The position numbers and the translations under genes were made by a program. The notes under the pieces are model-generated. The model had not been told where the DNA came from, made no database searches, and worked only from the letters and a program-made list of their open reading frames with translations. Shown in pieces: positions 39,526-50,391 of a DNA stretch of 64,000 nucleotides (position 1 is its first letter; every line of letters starts with the position of its first letter). The DNA lies in NCBI GenBank assembly GCA_023247445.1, contig JAHFGL010000005.1, positions 11,087 to 75,086 of the forward strand, in the 5' to 3' direction. The stretch comes from Candidatus Omnitrophota bacterium (lineage in GTDB: Bacteria; Omnitrophota; Gorgyraeia; Zapsychrales; Zapsychraceae).

Positions 39526-41127
39526 TCATTTTGTGTACTTCCCGCCGTTTTGGATAAAATGAGCAATTTTTTGTGCTTGCTCGACTTTCAAAGAAAGACA
39601 GACAAATTCATAAAAAACAAATCCCAAAGTTCCAATGATACATAATCTCAGAATTTGTCCATCAAACTGAATATAATGCCAGGCTAAATATTCCATAATG
39701 CCCGTGACAAAAGCAGCAAAAGTTACTTTAACAAAATAACCAAACAAATCTGATTTTAAGCCCCCCAATCGTTTATCAAGAATAAAAAACAAGATTAAGA
39801 AATCAATTGTTCCAGCAATCGAGCTCGCTAGCGCAATCCCTCCAACCTTAAGCGGCCACATCAAAATAAAATTAAGAACAGTGTTAATAACCAAACACAC
39901 CGCCGCAACGATAACCGGAGTTTTGGTGTCTTGCAGCGCATGAAAAACCGTAACCAAGATTTTAATCCCACCAAAACTAAACAGCCCCAACGAAGAAAAT
40001 AAAAGCGCTGAAGATGTAATTTGCGTTGAGTAAGCATCAAACTCTCCTCGCTCAAAAAGCGTCTGAATAATCGGTGTGGACAAAAGAACTAAAATAACCG
40101 TCGTTGGGCACATAACAAAGAAAATATTTTCCAAAGAAAAAATAACGGTTTTTCGCATCGATTCATAATCTTTTTTGTTAGCCAGCCCAGAAAATGTCGG
40201 CAGAACAGCTGAGGCAAGCGCCACACCAAAAATCCCCATAGGAAACTGAATAATACGATTGGCATAATAAATGGCCGAGATCCCACCGCTGCCCACAATT
40301 GATGACAACGATGCACAAAAAGTATCAATGAACACCGATATCTGATAAACGCCACCGCCGAACATTCTTGGAATAAGAAGTTTTCCAATTCTAATAGCCC
40401 CGGGATGATTTAATTTTTTTGGCCGCTCATAACGCATGCCAAAACTCATCATCGGCTTAAGCTGAAATAACAATTGAAGTAGTCCACCGACCAAAACACC
40501 AATAGCCAAGCCAAAGACAGGTTCTTTCATTGTTTTAAATGAAATAAGCGCGCTAATGATAACGGAGATATTAAGCAGGCAAGGGCTAAAAGCGGGATAA
40601 GCAAAAGAACGAAACGTATACAAAATGCCCATACTGTAGGCGGTTAATCCGATAAAAATTAAATAGGGAAAAATTAGCTTCGTTAAAGTAATCGTTAACG
40701 ATAATTTTTCTGGATCGGCAATAAATCCTGGGGCCATTAAACGAACAACCCAGGGGGCAAGAATAATTCCTAAGATTGTAATAACGCTCAAAAGAATCAA
40801 TCCCAGTGTAAAAACGATGCTGACAAAACGCCAAAACTCTTGGGGATCTTTTTTATCTCGATATTCAGCTAAAACAGGAACAACTGCGGCATTAGTGGCC
40901 CCTTCCCCCACAAGATCACGGAAAAGATTAGGAATTTTTTGAGCGACAAAAAAAGCATCCGCCCTAAACCCAGTCCCTAACAATTTGGCTAAAATAATAT
41001 CACGTATAAAACCTAGAATCCGCGAAGATAAGGTTCCCAGCGAAATAATCGAGGTTGATTTAATAATAGACCGATGAGAATCCTGGCTAAGAACAGCGTC
41101 TGGGTGGGGAGATTTATCAGTTGACAT
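39526..41127 (-). CDS. murJ: Lipid II flippase MurJ
   Basis: SRILGFIRD, ADAF..A.KIPNLFR..GEGA, LFERGEF, DTKTPV. Confidence 0.96.
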   Translation of the reverse strand: MSTDKSPHPDAVLSQDSHRSIIKSTSIISLGTLSSRILGFIRDIILAKLLGTGFRADAFFVAQKIPNLFRDLVGEGATNAAVVPVLAEYRDKKDPQEFWRFVSIVFTLGLILLSVITILGIILAPWVVRLMAPGFIADPEKLSLTITLTKLIFPYLIFIGLTAYSMGILYTFRSFAYPAFSPCLLNISVIISALISFKTMKEPVFGLAIGVLVGGLLQLLFQLKPMMSFGMRYERPKKLNHPGAIRIGKLLIPRMFGGGVYQISVFIDTFCASLSSIVGSGGISAIYYANRIIQFPMGIFGVALASAVLPTFSGLANKKDYESMRKTVIFSLENIFFVMCPTTVILVLLSTPIIQTLFERGEFDAYSTQITSSALLFSSLGLFSFGGIKILVTVFHALQDTKTPVIVAAVCLVINTVLNFILMWPLKVGGIALASSIAGTIDFLILFFILDKRLGGLKSDLFGYFVKVTFAAFVTGIMEYLAWHYIQFDGQILRLCIIGTLGFVFYEFVCLSLKVEQAQKIAHFIQNGGKYTK

Positions 41128-41162
41128 ATATAAGCCTATTTGCTATATTCTCCTACTTCGTA

Positions 41163-41226
41163 AAACGTACCACGTGAAGCGTGAAACGTTTACGCTTCAC
41201 GTTTCACGAATAACGTTTCACGTAAC
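41163..41226. repeat. Inverted heptamer array (CGTGAAA / TTTCACG)
   Basis: CGTGAAG CGTGAAA CG ... CTTCACG TTTCACG AATAACG TTTCACG upstream of rpsT. Confidence 0.7.
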
Positions 41227-41244
41227 AAAAAAAGGAGATCAAAA

Positions 41245-41508
41245 GTGCCACAACGAAGAACAGCGATTAAAGATTTACGTACAAACCGTACGAAACACAT
41301 GCAAAATCTGAATATTAAGACTGAGCTTAGAAAAACTATTAAGAAATTTCTGACATCTGTCGAAAGCAAGAATAAAACCGAAGCTCAATCTCTTCTTCCT
41401 GTACTCTACAAAAAATTAGATAAAGCTTCTAAACGTAAAGTTCTGCATGACAACACCGCTTCCCGACGAAAAGCACGTTTCAGCAAATTGGTACAAAATT
41501 TATCTTAA
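41245..41508 (+). CDS. rpsT: 30S ribosomal protein S20
   Basis: A.K..R, LDKA..K.VLH.N.ASRRKARF; AAGGAG RBS; divergent from murJ. Confidence 0.95.
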   Translation: MPQRRTAIKDLRTNRTKHMQNLNIKTELRKTIKKFLTSVESKNKTEAQSLLPVLYKKLDKASKRKVLHDNTASRRKARFSKLVQNLS

Positions 41509-41524
41509 CGTCAGCTCAACATAC

Positions 41525-41587
41525 TGTCACCCCCCGAATGTTTTTATCGGGGGTCTAGATCCCCGCTTTAAACATGCGGGGATGACA
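41525..41587. repeat. GTCA-ended REP-like palindrome pair
   Basis: TGTCACCCCCGAATG..TCGGGGGTCT AGATCCCCGC..GCGGGGATGACA. Confidence 0.8.
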
Positions 41588-41598
41588 ATTCTTAGCTG

Positions 41599-42243
41599 TT
41601 ATAACGCGCATAGCTTCACAACCGCTACTTCTACCGCCTGTTGAGCAACTAAGCGACTACGTTTAATATTTAAATCGGCCTCTTGAAGAATCAAGAGGCC
41701 GATTTTGAATTGATCAGCAGACAATCGCCCACGATTCTTCCCCCAAAACCAAACAATCCCTCCCATAATTTGTAACGGATGACTCCCCTGATTTATCAGC
41801 TCTTCCAATATTCTTAACGCCTCCGTTGGATTGCGTAGACCAATGGCCTTGGTTATATCAAATACATTCTGCACCGAACCTTTAGAAAAATTAAAGACTT
41901 GCGCCTTAGGAGAAATCTTTGCAATAAAACTCTCAATGGCTTCGGGTTGATCAGCATCTAAAATAAGATCCAAATAATCTTGCTTTTCTTGGATAAAATC
42001 TAAAATGAGCTCTTTATTTTTGGCATCAAGTTTCTGAAGTATACGAATAAGAACTAATCTTTTTTTACTCAGGGCTGGTAAAGCAATCAGGGATTTCTTT
42101 AGGATGGCTGGATCTAATTTGAGGGCATGCAAAACTTCATAGTCAAAATCATAAGATTCTTTGGAGGTTAAAATCTTTTTTTTAAGCTCAGTGATCTTTT
42201 GATCTTTGGCCTGAGCATCCTCCCCGAGTAACAGATAAATCAT
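41599..42243 (-). CDS. holA: DNA polymerase III delta subunit-like, short
   Basis: MIYLLLGED start, LP....RLV, NVFDI, EADL.IK; synteny lptE-holA-rpsT. Confidence 0.72.
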   Translation of the reverse strand: MIYLLLGEDAQAKDQKITELKKKILTSKESYDFDYEVLHALKLDPAILKKSLIALPALSKKRLVLIRILQKLDAKNKELILDFIQEKQDYLDLILDADQPEAIESFIAKISPKAQVFNFSKGSVQNVFDITKAIGLRNPTEALRILEELINQGSHPLQIMGGIVWFWGKNRGRLSADQFKIGLLILQEADLNIKRSRLVAQQAVEVAVVKLCAL

Positions 42244-42283
42244 GTTGATTCCTAATAAAGATAAACTGGTGGGCGTCGAACGA

Positions 42284-42811
42284 CTACCAATCCTCAACCG
42301 TTCTCTCAACAATACGGCGACCTAAGTCAACCATGGCATCTTGGACAGCCGCATCTTCTGATTTAGCTTGAGCCCCTACGACAAAAAAAGTGGCTTCGCC
42401 GGAAAAACTTGATTCCGACCACACAAGCTCTTGTTTCTTTCGATCCCATAATTCTAAAGAAACAGTAATCGTCACTCGATACTCTTCAACATCATCATTA
42501 TCGGTATATCGCAAAGCCACGCGTTCGTAATTCTTTAATTCTCCTTTTAAAATAAGATCAGCCTTATCGATATTGGCAATTTTTAAAGCGCCATCAAATA
42601 AAAATCGATTGATAACTTCATTTCTAACCTTTTGCTCCAAAAGTGGCAGATAAACATTACGACCACCCTCTTGATCATAGAGAACATTATTTTTAAATGG
42701 TTCCACATGAATTGTTCGTAGACTACTCGGCAAGGTTGACCGCGAGGTATACCCGCAGCTAATTGCGATAAAAGACAAAACTAATAAAATTAGACAAGAA
42801 TATCGTTTCAT
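42284..42811 (-). CDS. lptE: LptE-family lipoprotein
   Basis: ISCGY lipobox, F.N, ADL.L.G; synteny. Confidence 0.8.
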   Translation of the reverse strand: MKRYSCLILLVLSFIAISCGYTSRSTLPSSLRTIHVEPFKNNVLYDQEGGRNVYLPLLEQKVRNEVINRFLFDGALKIANIDKADLILKGELKNYERVALRYTDNDDVEEYRVTITVSLELWDRKKQELVWSESSFSGEATFFVVGAQAKSEDAAVQDAMVDLGRRIVERTVEDW

Positions 42812-43758
42812 TGAATTTTGGGACTAATTTCACGTAAACGCTCTAAGGCTTTACCAGCCCACTTGGAATCTTGATATTCATCAACGAGAGTTTGATAATA
42901 AATTTGCGCAGACTTATAATTCTTTTGCTTCTCGTAGAACTGTCCAACGATGAAATTATTTTCAGCTTCTTTATCTCTTAAATTTTGAACATGTTCCTTG
43001 GCTTTATCAGATAACTCGGCTTCTGGGTATTGTTTAACGAATTCATTAAACTCGGCCACCGCGGCCTTGGTAACCTTTTGATCATACTGAGAATCTGTTG
43101 AACGCTTAGAATCAGCAATCGCAATTTGATATTTGGCTGCCTTTGCCCATTCATTATCTGGATAATCATTAATAACCTTATCAAACTCGTCACGAGCTTC
43201 TTGATAAAGATGCTGTTCTAATAAATACAACCCAATTTTATATTGAGATGGAGCAGCTAACGGACCATATGGTGCATTTTTAATGACTGTTTTAAAAATA
43301 TCAATGATGTTGTAATTTGCTCCTGTTAAAGTCGACATAAACTCACTTTTATTCTCTCCATCTAAAAGTCTTTCACCAATAGCATACTCTTTTTTGACAA
43401 CTTCTGCGGAACGCTCACTAAAAGGATATTTATCAATGACAACTTGATAGCTTTTAAAGGCTTCGTAAAGCCGACCTTGCTCTTCTATGGACAAACCGAT
43501 GTAATATTGGGCTTCGGGAGCTTCACGGGCTTTAGGATAGTGGGTGATGAGCTTATTAAACTCACGAATGGCTTCTTTGTATTGTTTAGATTTATAAAAC
43601 TCTAAGGCAAAGGCAAGCTGTTCACTTGGGGTTTCTTTAACAGAATACTTGGGATTTTCCCATTTATTCGTTTCAGGCGTCCAAACCCAGAAGGCGAAAC
43701 TAGAAGCTGGAAAGGCAATGGATATTAAGAGAAATAATAGGAAGAATTGCTTTTTCAT
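42808..43758 (-). CDS. bamD: BamD-like TPR outer-membrane assembly protein
   Basis: TPRs with YP.S, DQ..T..A..EF..F...YP.AE, GQFY.K. Confidence 0.8.
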   Translation of the reverse strand: MKKQFFLLFLLISIAFPASSFAFWVWTPETNKWENPKYSVKETPSEQLAFALEFYKSKQYKEAIREFNKLITHYPKAREAPEAQYYIGLSIEEQGRLYEAFKSYQVVIDKYPFSERSAEVVKKEYAIGERLLDGENKSEFMSTLTGANYNIIDIFKTVIKNAPYGPLAAPSQYKIGLYLLEQHLYQEARDEFDKVINDYPDNEWAKAAKYQIAIADSKRSTDSQYDQKVTKAAVAEFNEFVKQYPEAELSDKAKEHVQNLRDKEAENNFIVGQFYEKQKNYKSAQIYYQTLVDEYQDSKWAGKALERLREISPKIQ

Positions 43759-43790
43759 CTCGCAAACTTTATCATACTCTCTGTTTCTTG

Positions 43791-45362
43791 TCAATTAATC
43801 TGACCTAAATAGAGCTTAGAATCCCCCTCGTAAAAGATGCTTCTTTTATGATATAAAAAATATAAAACACTTATAAGAATTATATAGTAACCAGCCAATA
43901 ACCAGAGGTTTACATTTTTGATATAAAAGTAAGCCATTGGTATTTTTGCAAACAAATAGATACTTCCAACCAGTATATTCAACGTTAATTTGATACAAGC
44001 TGAAATTGGAAGAATCCACATAGGGAAAATGGCCCCTACCAACATTAAACTTAGGCCTAAGATAATTAAAAGTGAACTTAAAGGAACGACAATAAGGTTT
44101 GCCAAGATGGTAACCGGTGTCACGATATTAAAATAGAAGGCAATAAGACCCACAACCCCCAACCAAACCGCCATTGACAAACATATAGATTCAATACAAG
44201 GTCTCAGCAAGCTCTTGTGCTCGGTCTTGGGTGGCTTATCAAATAAACTTTTAAAAATTGGGTAAAACAAAATAATCGAAAGGACACAAACAAAAGATAG
44301 TTGAAAGCCCACATCAAACAAATTTAACGGATTAATCAATAGAATGATTAGAGCCGCTAAAGAAAGCGTATTAAGGGAATCGCCCTCACGCTCCAACATA
44401 AAACTTATCAAAAAAACGATCGCCATGATCGTTGCCCGCACAACCGATGGGCTTGCCCCGGTTAAAAGGCAAAATCCAACTAAAAGAAATATCGTTATTA
44501 AGAACTGAACTAACCGCGGTAAGGGAATAATTTTCAAAAATATAAGAAAAACAGCAGCAACAACACCAACATTCATCCCGCTAATCGCCAAAATATGCGC
44601 TGTTCCTGTTTGAACAAATAAGTCCCGAAGACGAGGCGAAATGTTGACTCTGTCTCCCAATAAAAAGGCCTGCATAAGACCAGCTTCATTAGGCGAAAGG
44701 CCTTGCGCCAACAGAAACTCCAACTTATTCTTAAATCTAATTGCACCTTCTAATAAAAAATTGGCCCGATGTGAATCCAAGATCTCAATAGGCGCATCTT
44801 TCTTTACACTTAAGATGGAATAAATACCTTTATTGCGCAAATAATCTCCATAAGAAAAATGTTCGTTGGTGGAAAAATTGTAGGGCTGATGGAGTTTTCC
44901 CTCGATCAGAATATAATCTCCATAAACACAATCGATATCGCGAAAGGCATTAACCAAGATTTCTCCCGACTTCTCCTGCCAGCCATAGGGCGTTTTTAAC
45001 ATTTTAATTCTTAACGTAAATGTTGAGTTTCGCCCCCTTCCAAAATTGCGCTTTTGCACATCGGAAACAATCACCCCCTTAACAATAAATGGTTGATGAC
45101 GATAAAACTTAACGACGCCCGCGATATGGTTTTTAGCCGGCATCATTCGACTTTGTGTATACGTGGCTCCTAAAAGAATAAATGTCACAAGCAGTGCTGC
45201 CACCGAAAGGGTTGATTTCTTTAAAACAACGATACTCATAATAAAAGAAAGCATTGATAAAAAACATAACCAAGCAAATGACATCGGAATAATCTGACTC
45301 ATGGCAATCCCAAGTCCGTAGAAAATGGTGATCCAAACGAGTGGACGATGAGTATAAATCAT
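43791..45362 (-). CDS. comEC: ComEC/Rec2 competence protein (no beta-lactamase domain)
   Basis: TGTAHILAISGMNV, SPSVVRATIM, DVGFQLSF. Confidence 0.92.
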   Translation of the reverse strand: MIYTHRPLVWITIFYGLGIAMSQIIPMSFAWLCFLSMLSFIMSIVVLKKSTLSVAALLVTFILLGATYTQSRMMPAKNHIAGVVKFYRHQPFIVKGVIVSDVQKRNFGRGRNSTFTLRIKMLKTPYGWQEKSGEILVNAFRDIDCVYGDYILIEGKLHQPYNFSTNEHFSYGDYLRNKGIYSILSVKKDAPIEILDSHRANFLLEGAIRFKNKLEFLLAQGLSPNEAGLMQAFLLGDRVNISPRLRDLFVQTGTAHILAISGMNVGVVAAVFLIFLKIIPLPRLVQFLITIFLLVGFCLLTGASPSVVRATIMAIVFLISFMLEREGDSLNTLSLAALIILLINPLNLFDVGFQLSFVCVLSIILFYPIFKSLFDKPPKTEHKSLLRPCIESICLSMAVWLGVVGLIAFYFNIVTPVTILANLIVVPLSSLLIILGLSLMLVGAIFPMWILPISACIKLTLNILVGSIYLFAKIPMAYFYIKNVNLWLLAGYYIILISVLYFLYHKRSIFYEGDSKLYLGQIN

Positions 45363-45387
45363 AAAATATCATTCCTGTTCTACGTTA

Positions 45388-45454
45388 TGTCATGCCCGCC
45401 CCCGTGTTAGTCATCCCCACGAAAGCGGATATGACACGCAGGGCGGGGATGACA
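45388..45454. repeat. Nested GTCAT REP-like palindromes
   Basis: TGTCATGCCCGCCC..GTCATCCCCACGAAAGCGGATATGAC..GGGCGGGGATGACA. Confidence 0.75.
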
Positions 45455-45459
45455 GACAA

Positions 45460-45804
45460 TCAATTCACCCTAATCGTAATAAATCGTACAAATTTTTCAT
45501 AATTCTTTTCCTTCACTCCCCTGACCTGCTTGAGCTGATCTACCGATGTAAACGATCCCTTCGCTTTACGGTAATCGATAATTTGCTGGGCTGTGTAAGG
45601 ACCAATAAAAGGAAGCGCCAAGAGCTCATCATAAGAGGCTGTATTCAAATCAACTTTGGAATAGAGTTCATCCCCATCAATTAAATTAACAATATCATTT
45701 AACTGTGGATATTCTTTAAGGACATAGTGAATCATCGACCCAATAAAAATAATAAGGGCCAAGACCGACACAACAAGCCGTTCTTGTCGAGTAAAACCAA
45801 TCAT
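45460..45804 (-). CDS. comEA: ComEA-like HhH DNA-binding protein
   Basis: VDLNTAS..EL..LP.IGP..AQQIIDYR...G.F.SVDQL..V.G. Confidence 0.9.
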   Translation of the reverse strand: MIGFTRQERLVVSVLALIIFIGSMIHYVLKEYPQLNDIVNLIDGDELYSKVDLNTASYDELLALPFIGPYTAQQIIDYRKAKGSFTSVDQLKQVRGVKEKNYEKFVRFITIRVN

Positions 45805-45909
45805 AGTGGATAAATATTGGGGGGATCGAGAGAGACAACTACGTGGGTGAATTTATTTCTAACGCTAGTGTAGCTTTATAGTTCTAAACTGTAAATAAAA
45901 ATTTAGGCG

Positions 45910-47625
45910 CTACTTCAAAAGTTTTTGGACAATTGTTTCGGCTAAATTTTCTGCGATCAACAAATTTCCTTTACGCGTACAATGACCGAAATCGCCGGCA
46001 AAATTATCTTGAAAATAGTCGGCATAGCTTGATGAATGCAAGGCCTCTTCAAAATTTTTCTTATTTTCCAAAAATATAATTTTGTTTTTGTTAACAAAAG
46101 TTTCTTTCAAAGGATCCAACGCGCGCATAGGATATTGCATCACAATAACAGGAATATTTCTTTTTAAGATCTGATTAACCGTGTCATTATAATTTTGCAC
46201 TGTTTGCGGAAGATATCGTGAAGCAACAAATTCTTGCGACTTTTTCACATATTCCCCAGCGGCTTGAGTCTTCCCCTCTTTTTCTAAAACTTCGGCTAAC
46301 TTTTTGTACAATATCGGTCGTTGATAAGAAATTTCTTCCTTCTCATTTTTCTTAATAGCATCCTCCAACAGAGCCTGCGCTTCACTAAGTCGATTCTGCT
46401 GAATATAAATATCTCCCAGCCTATCATACGTAAGCAAATTGCCAGGACTGTTGGCCAAAACTTTTTTATAAGCCTGCTCGGCAAAGCTCCATAATTTCTT
46501 TTTGTCATACCACTGGGCAACTTCTAAATAAATCCAATCTTGCAGTCCTTCGGTATCTAATAATATTTTATAAGCCTTGGCCGTTTTTTCATAATCGCCA
46601 ATAGCCTCACAACTTCGACCCAACTCTAAAAAGGCATTTGGTTCTTGAGAAGTCATTTCAATAATTTTTAAAAATATAGCAATGGCTTTTTCGTAATGTT
46701 GCTGATCCTTATAAATTCTTCCTAACTCCAAATAGGCGGGAACCTTGTTCGGCAACAAGACAATGGCTCGCTCACAAAATTCTTGGGCTAACTGAAAATT
46801 TCCACGTTCTCGATTCCAAAATCCTGCCCCAACTAAATAAACATACAATCGCAAGCTAACAAAATATTGCTTCTTAGAAATATCTTGCGCTTCTTCGACT
46901 TTGCCAAGTTGATCAAGCTTCGCTTTTTCTAAAATCAAAACATTTCTTAATTGTTCAAAATCATGAATCTTTGAAATAGTTTTCTCATAAGGTTCTGAAT
47001 GTTTCTGCGTGAGATCTGCCCCACCCAACCCATGATTGGACATCTGCTGTTTAAAATCCTTCTCGGCCAAGGCATCATACTGAGCTTCATACGGAGTTTC
47101 GTAGTATTTTACGATCTTCATCTCATCAAGCTTATGGCGAAGGTGTGAAATCGACAGATTAAATAATTTATAAACTCTAAAATTCTCTAGAAAAATAGCA
47201 ACTCTCTGCCAGAGGGTAACTTTCAATTTCTTTGTGTGCCAATGATCATTAATCCCGATCATTGAAACCACTAAATCAGGTTTATAACGATCAAGATTGT
47301 CATTAATCTTATTTAATATCGTTTTGGAATTGATGGCCGGAATACCACGGTTGATGACCTTAAATTTCCGTGATAAGTTTTTTTGATTTAAAATTTGTTC
47401 AAGCTGGTAAGGATACGCATTCTCTCCACCAAGGGCTGTCGTCGATTCCCCCAAACACAAAATAATATAAGTATTATTGCGCGAGAACCCTTTTTGGTTA
47501 CGTTGTTCTTGAATAAACAAGAATAGGCCGGCGCCTAAACGAAGAAATATTTCTAAAACAATGAGGGTGAAAAGAATCCCCAGGCCAATCAATGCTAATT
47601 TCTGCTTTAACGTCGTTTTGGCCAT
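45910..47625 (-). CDS. SGNH-hydrolase-like protein with inserted TPR array
   Basis: N-terminal TM; CLGESTT, GIND, C-terminal DFGH; TPRs in between. Confidence 0.75.
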   Translation of the reverse strand: MAKTTLKQKLALIGLGILFTLIVLEIFLRLGAGLFLFIQEQRNQKGFSRNNTYIILCLGESTTALGGENAYPYQLEQILNQKNLSRKFKVINRGIPAINSKTILNKINDNLDRYKPDLVVSMIGINDHWHTKKLKVTLWQRVAIFLENFRVYKLFNLSISHLRHKLDEMKIVKYYETPYEAQYDALAEKDFKQQMSNHGLGGADLTQKHSEPYEKTISKIHDFEQLRNVLILEKAKLDQLGKVEEAQDISKKQYFVSLRLYVYLVGAGFWNRERGNFQLAQEFCERAIVLLPNKVPAYLELGRIYKDQQHYEKAIAIFLKIIEMTSQEPNAFLELGRSCEAIGDYEKTAKAYKILLDTEGLQDWIYLEVAQWYDKKKLWSFAEQAYKKVLANSPGNLLTYDRLGDIYIQQNRLSEAQALLEDAIKKNEKEEISYQRPILYKKLAEVLEKEGKTQAAGEYVKKSQEFVASRYLPQTVQNYNDTVNQILKRNIPVIVMQYPMRALDPLKETFVNKNKIIFLENKKNFEEALHSSSYADYFQDNFAGDFGHCTRKGNLLIAENLAETIVQKLLK

Positions 47626-47665
47626 AAGGATTTAACAAAATCGTTTCTAGTACACTGTATTTTTA

Positions 47666-47740
47666 TGTCATACCCGCGAAAGCGGGTATCTAAAATCAGC
47701 GCCTCCCCAAGATCCCCGATTAAAGCATTCGGGGATGACA
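47666..47740. repeat. GTCAT-ended REP-like pair
   Basis: TGTCATACCCGCGAAAGCGGGTATCT ... AGATCCCCGATTAAAGCATTCGGGGATGACA. Confidence 0.82.
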
Positions 47741-47760
47741 GACACAACAGTCCACCAGTT

Positions 47761-50301
47761 TTACACAACCAAATTCGCAATTTTCCCGGGGATATAAATA
47801 AATTTCTTTATCGGCTGGCCGGCAAGAAACTTTTGGATGGTTACATCAGCCAGAATCATTTCTTTTAACTGGGCTTCACTAATATCGACAGCAACATCAA
47901 ACTTGCCGCGCAGTTTGCCGTTGACCTGCACGACAACTTGAATCAAATCTTGTTTAATCGCGGTCGCATCAAAGCTCGGCCAAGAAACGTTGGCCACACT
48001 TTTTTCTTTACTACCAATCTTCTGCCATAACTCTTCACAAATATGCGGCGTAAAAGGCGCCAGAAGTAAAACAATTGATTTAATCGTGCGGTTAAGAATC
48101 GCTTGTTTGGTGGAATTGCTTTCTTCACCTTTATATTTATCAAGTCGGTTCATCAAAATCATCAAACTACTAATCGCCGTGTTAAACTTAAAACCGTCAG
48201 CGATATCTTCCGTTACCTTTTTGATCGTTAAATTACGTTCGCGTTCTAAATCCTTATCCTCTTGATCCATTTGATCCGCCAAAATTTTATCTTCTACGAA
48301 ACGATATCGTTTTTGTGTCAGATTCCAAACTCGATTTAAAAATCGCCACGAACCGTCGATGGCATTATCGTTCCATTCCAATTGATCTTCAGGTGGGGCA
48401 GCAAACAAAATAAAAAGTCGAAGCGAATCCGTGCCATATTTTTTTATAATCTCATCGGGATCAACAGTATTGCCTCGAGATTTTGACATAACTTCACCAT
48501 CTTTTAGAACCATCCCTTGCGTTAAAAGTCGCGTGAAGGGCTCATCAAAATCAATCATGCCCAAATCTTTAAAAAACTTTGTAAAAAATCGCGAATACAA
48601 AAGATGCAAGATCGCGTGCTCAATCCCGCCGATGTATTGATCCACCGGCATCCAATATTTAGCGTCCGCTTGATCAAATATTTTTTTATCGTTAGTTGGT
48701 GAACAAAAACGTAAGAAATACCACGATGAATCAAAAAATGTTGCCATTGTGTCCGTCTCGCGTTTAGCTGCGGCGTTACACTTCGGACATTTCACATTCA
48801 CAAATTCTGAAACATAATTTAACGGACTTCCCCCCTGGCCTGTGATCTGAATATTTTTCGGCAAGGCCACCGGCAGCTGATCTTCGGGAACAGGAACCGT
48901 TCCGCATTTTGGGCAATAAATAAATGGAATAGGCGTTCCCCAATATCGTTGACGAGAAATGAGCCAATCACGCAAACGCCAATGGATCGTTACTTTGCCA
49001 ATGGCCGTTTCTCCCCGCCAAAAATCTTTCATTTTTGGCGAGGTCTCGCCACTCCACGGAGCTGGAGTGGCGGACATCCATTTTCCAATTTCCTCAATCG
49101 CTTTTTTATTATTCAATCCATTAAATTGCGCTGAATTAATTAAAACGCCTTCGTCTTCATAAGCAGCTTTCATGTCTTCGGCTCTTTGCGCTGGATTTTT
49201 TGGATCGGAAATAACAATACGTAGCGGCAACTGATGATCTTTGGCAAAAGAAAAATCACGCTGATCATGCGTCGGTACCGCCATGATCGCACCAGTTCCA
49301 TATTCCATCAAAACATAATCGGCAATATAAATGGGAATCTCTTCATTATTAACGGGATTAATGGCAGTGCGGCCAATCGACATCCCTTCTTTACGTTTAT
49401 CCCCGGACATGCGCAAACTCTTACTTTCATTAGCGACCTTCTCAATGAAAGTTTTGATCTTTGATTCTTCTTTTGAACCGGCGATTAATTTCTTAACCAA
49501 AGGATGTTCGGGGGCTAAGACAACGTAGGTTGCGCCAAAGATTGTGTCCGCGCGCGTGGTAAAAACCTTAATAATATCGTCACTGCCTTTAACCTTAAAA
49601 TTAATTTCAACGCCAAAGCTTTTTCCAATCCAATTTTCTTGCATCGCTACAACACGACTCGGCCAATTCGTTAACTGCTTTAAATCTTCCAAAAGTTTTT
49701 CACTGTAAGCTGTAATTTTTAAATACCATTGATCCAATTCCTTTTGCTTCACTTCCGACTTACACCGCCAACATTCGCCATTAATTACCTCTTCATTAGC
49801 CAAGGTTGTGTCGCAACTTGGACACCAGTTGACTGATGACGCTTTCTTATAAGCCAAACCCTTTTCGTACATCTTTAAAAATATCCACTGATTCCAGCGA
49901 TAATATTCTGGATCGCACGTGGCCAGCTCGCGATCCCAATCATAAGAAAATCCCATGTGTTTTAATTCTGTGCGCATTTGATCAATACAAGAATAGGTCC
50001 ACTCGGCAGGATCAACTTTGCGTTTAATGGCGGCATTTTCCGCCGGCTGGCCAAAGGCATCATAACCCATCGGATGAAGAACATTAAAGCCCTGCATCAT
50101 CTTAACCCGCGCAATCACATCAGCGATTGTGTAGTTACGCACATGACCCATGTGAATCTTTCCAGACGGATAAGGAAACATCTCCAAGACGTAATACTTC
50201 TTTTTCTTGGCATCGATGGTGGCTTTAAAGACCTTCGCCTCTTCCCAAACCTTTTGCCACTTTGCTTCGATCGTGTGAATATTTTCTATTGAGTAATCCA
50301 T
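47761..50301 (-). CDS. leuS: Leucine--tRNA ligase
   Basis: [38 protein letters not shown]; start at MDYSIE. Confidence 0.98.
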   Translation of the reverse strand: MDYSIENIHTIEAKWQKVWEEAKVFKATIDAKKKKYYVLEMFPYPSGKIHMGHVRNYTIADVIARVKMMQGFNVLHPMGYDAFGQPAENAAIKRKVDPAEWTYSCIDQMRTELKHMGFSYDWDRELATCDPEYYRWNQWIFLKMYEKGLAYKKASSVNWCPSCDTTLANEEVINGECWRCKSEVKQKELDQWYLKITAYSEKLLEDLKQLTNWPSRVVAMQENWIGKSFGVEINFKVKGSDDIIKVFTTRADTIFGATYVVLAPEHPLVKKLIAGSKEESKIKTFIEKVANESKSLRMSGDKRKEGMSIGRTAINPVNNEEIPIYIADYVLMEYGTGAIMAVPTHDQRDFSFAKDHQLPLRIVISDPKNPAQRAEDMKAAYEDEGVLINSAQFNGLNNKKAIEEIGKWMSATPAPWSGETSPKMKDFWRGETAIGKVTIHWRLRDWLISRQRYWGTPIPFIYCPKCGTVPVPEDQLPVALPKNIQITGQGGSPLNYVSEFVNVKCPKCNAAAKRETDTMATFFDSSWYFLRFCSPTNDKKIFDQADAKYWMPVDQYIGGIEHAILHLLYSRFFTKFFKDLGMIDFDEPFTRLLTQGMVLKDGEVMSKSRGNTVDPDEIIKKYGTDSLRLFILFAAPPEDQLEWNDNAIDGSWRFLNRVWNLTQKRYRFVEDKILADQMDQEDKDLERERNLTIKKVTEDIADGFKFNTAISSLMILMNRLDKYKGEESNSTKQAILNRTIKSIVLLLAPFTPHICEELWQKIGSKEKSVANVSWPSFDATAIKQDLIQVVVQVNGKLRGKFDVAVDISEAQLKEMILADVTIQKFLAGQPIKKFIYIPGKIANLVV
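49012..49071. repeat. About 60-bp double-hairpin insert, in frame within leuS
   Basis: CGCCAAAAAT/ATTTTTGGCG and CGCCACTCCA/TGGAGTGGCG; encodes [20 protein letters not shown]. Confidence 0.75.
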
Positions 50302-50331
50302 ATTTTTAACCTTTGATCCTCGTCTTAATGC

Positions 50332-50370
50332 AAAGAGGGAATAACTTTTAGCAAACGTTATTCCCTCTTT
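50332..50370. terminator. 14-bp hairpin between the speD-like gene and leuS
   Basis: AAAGAGGGAATAAC / GTTATTCCCTCTTT. Confidence 0.55.
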
Positions 50371-50391
50371 CAACGGAAGCTTCCCTCTAAT

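Noticed and set aside
50302-50391. T-box or attenuator for leuS
   Set aside because: Only one hairpin in 90 bp; no T-box motif or leader peptide
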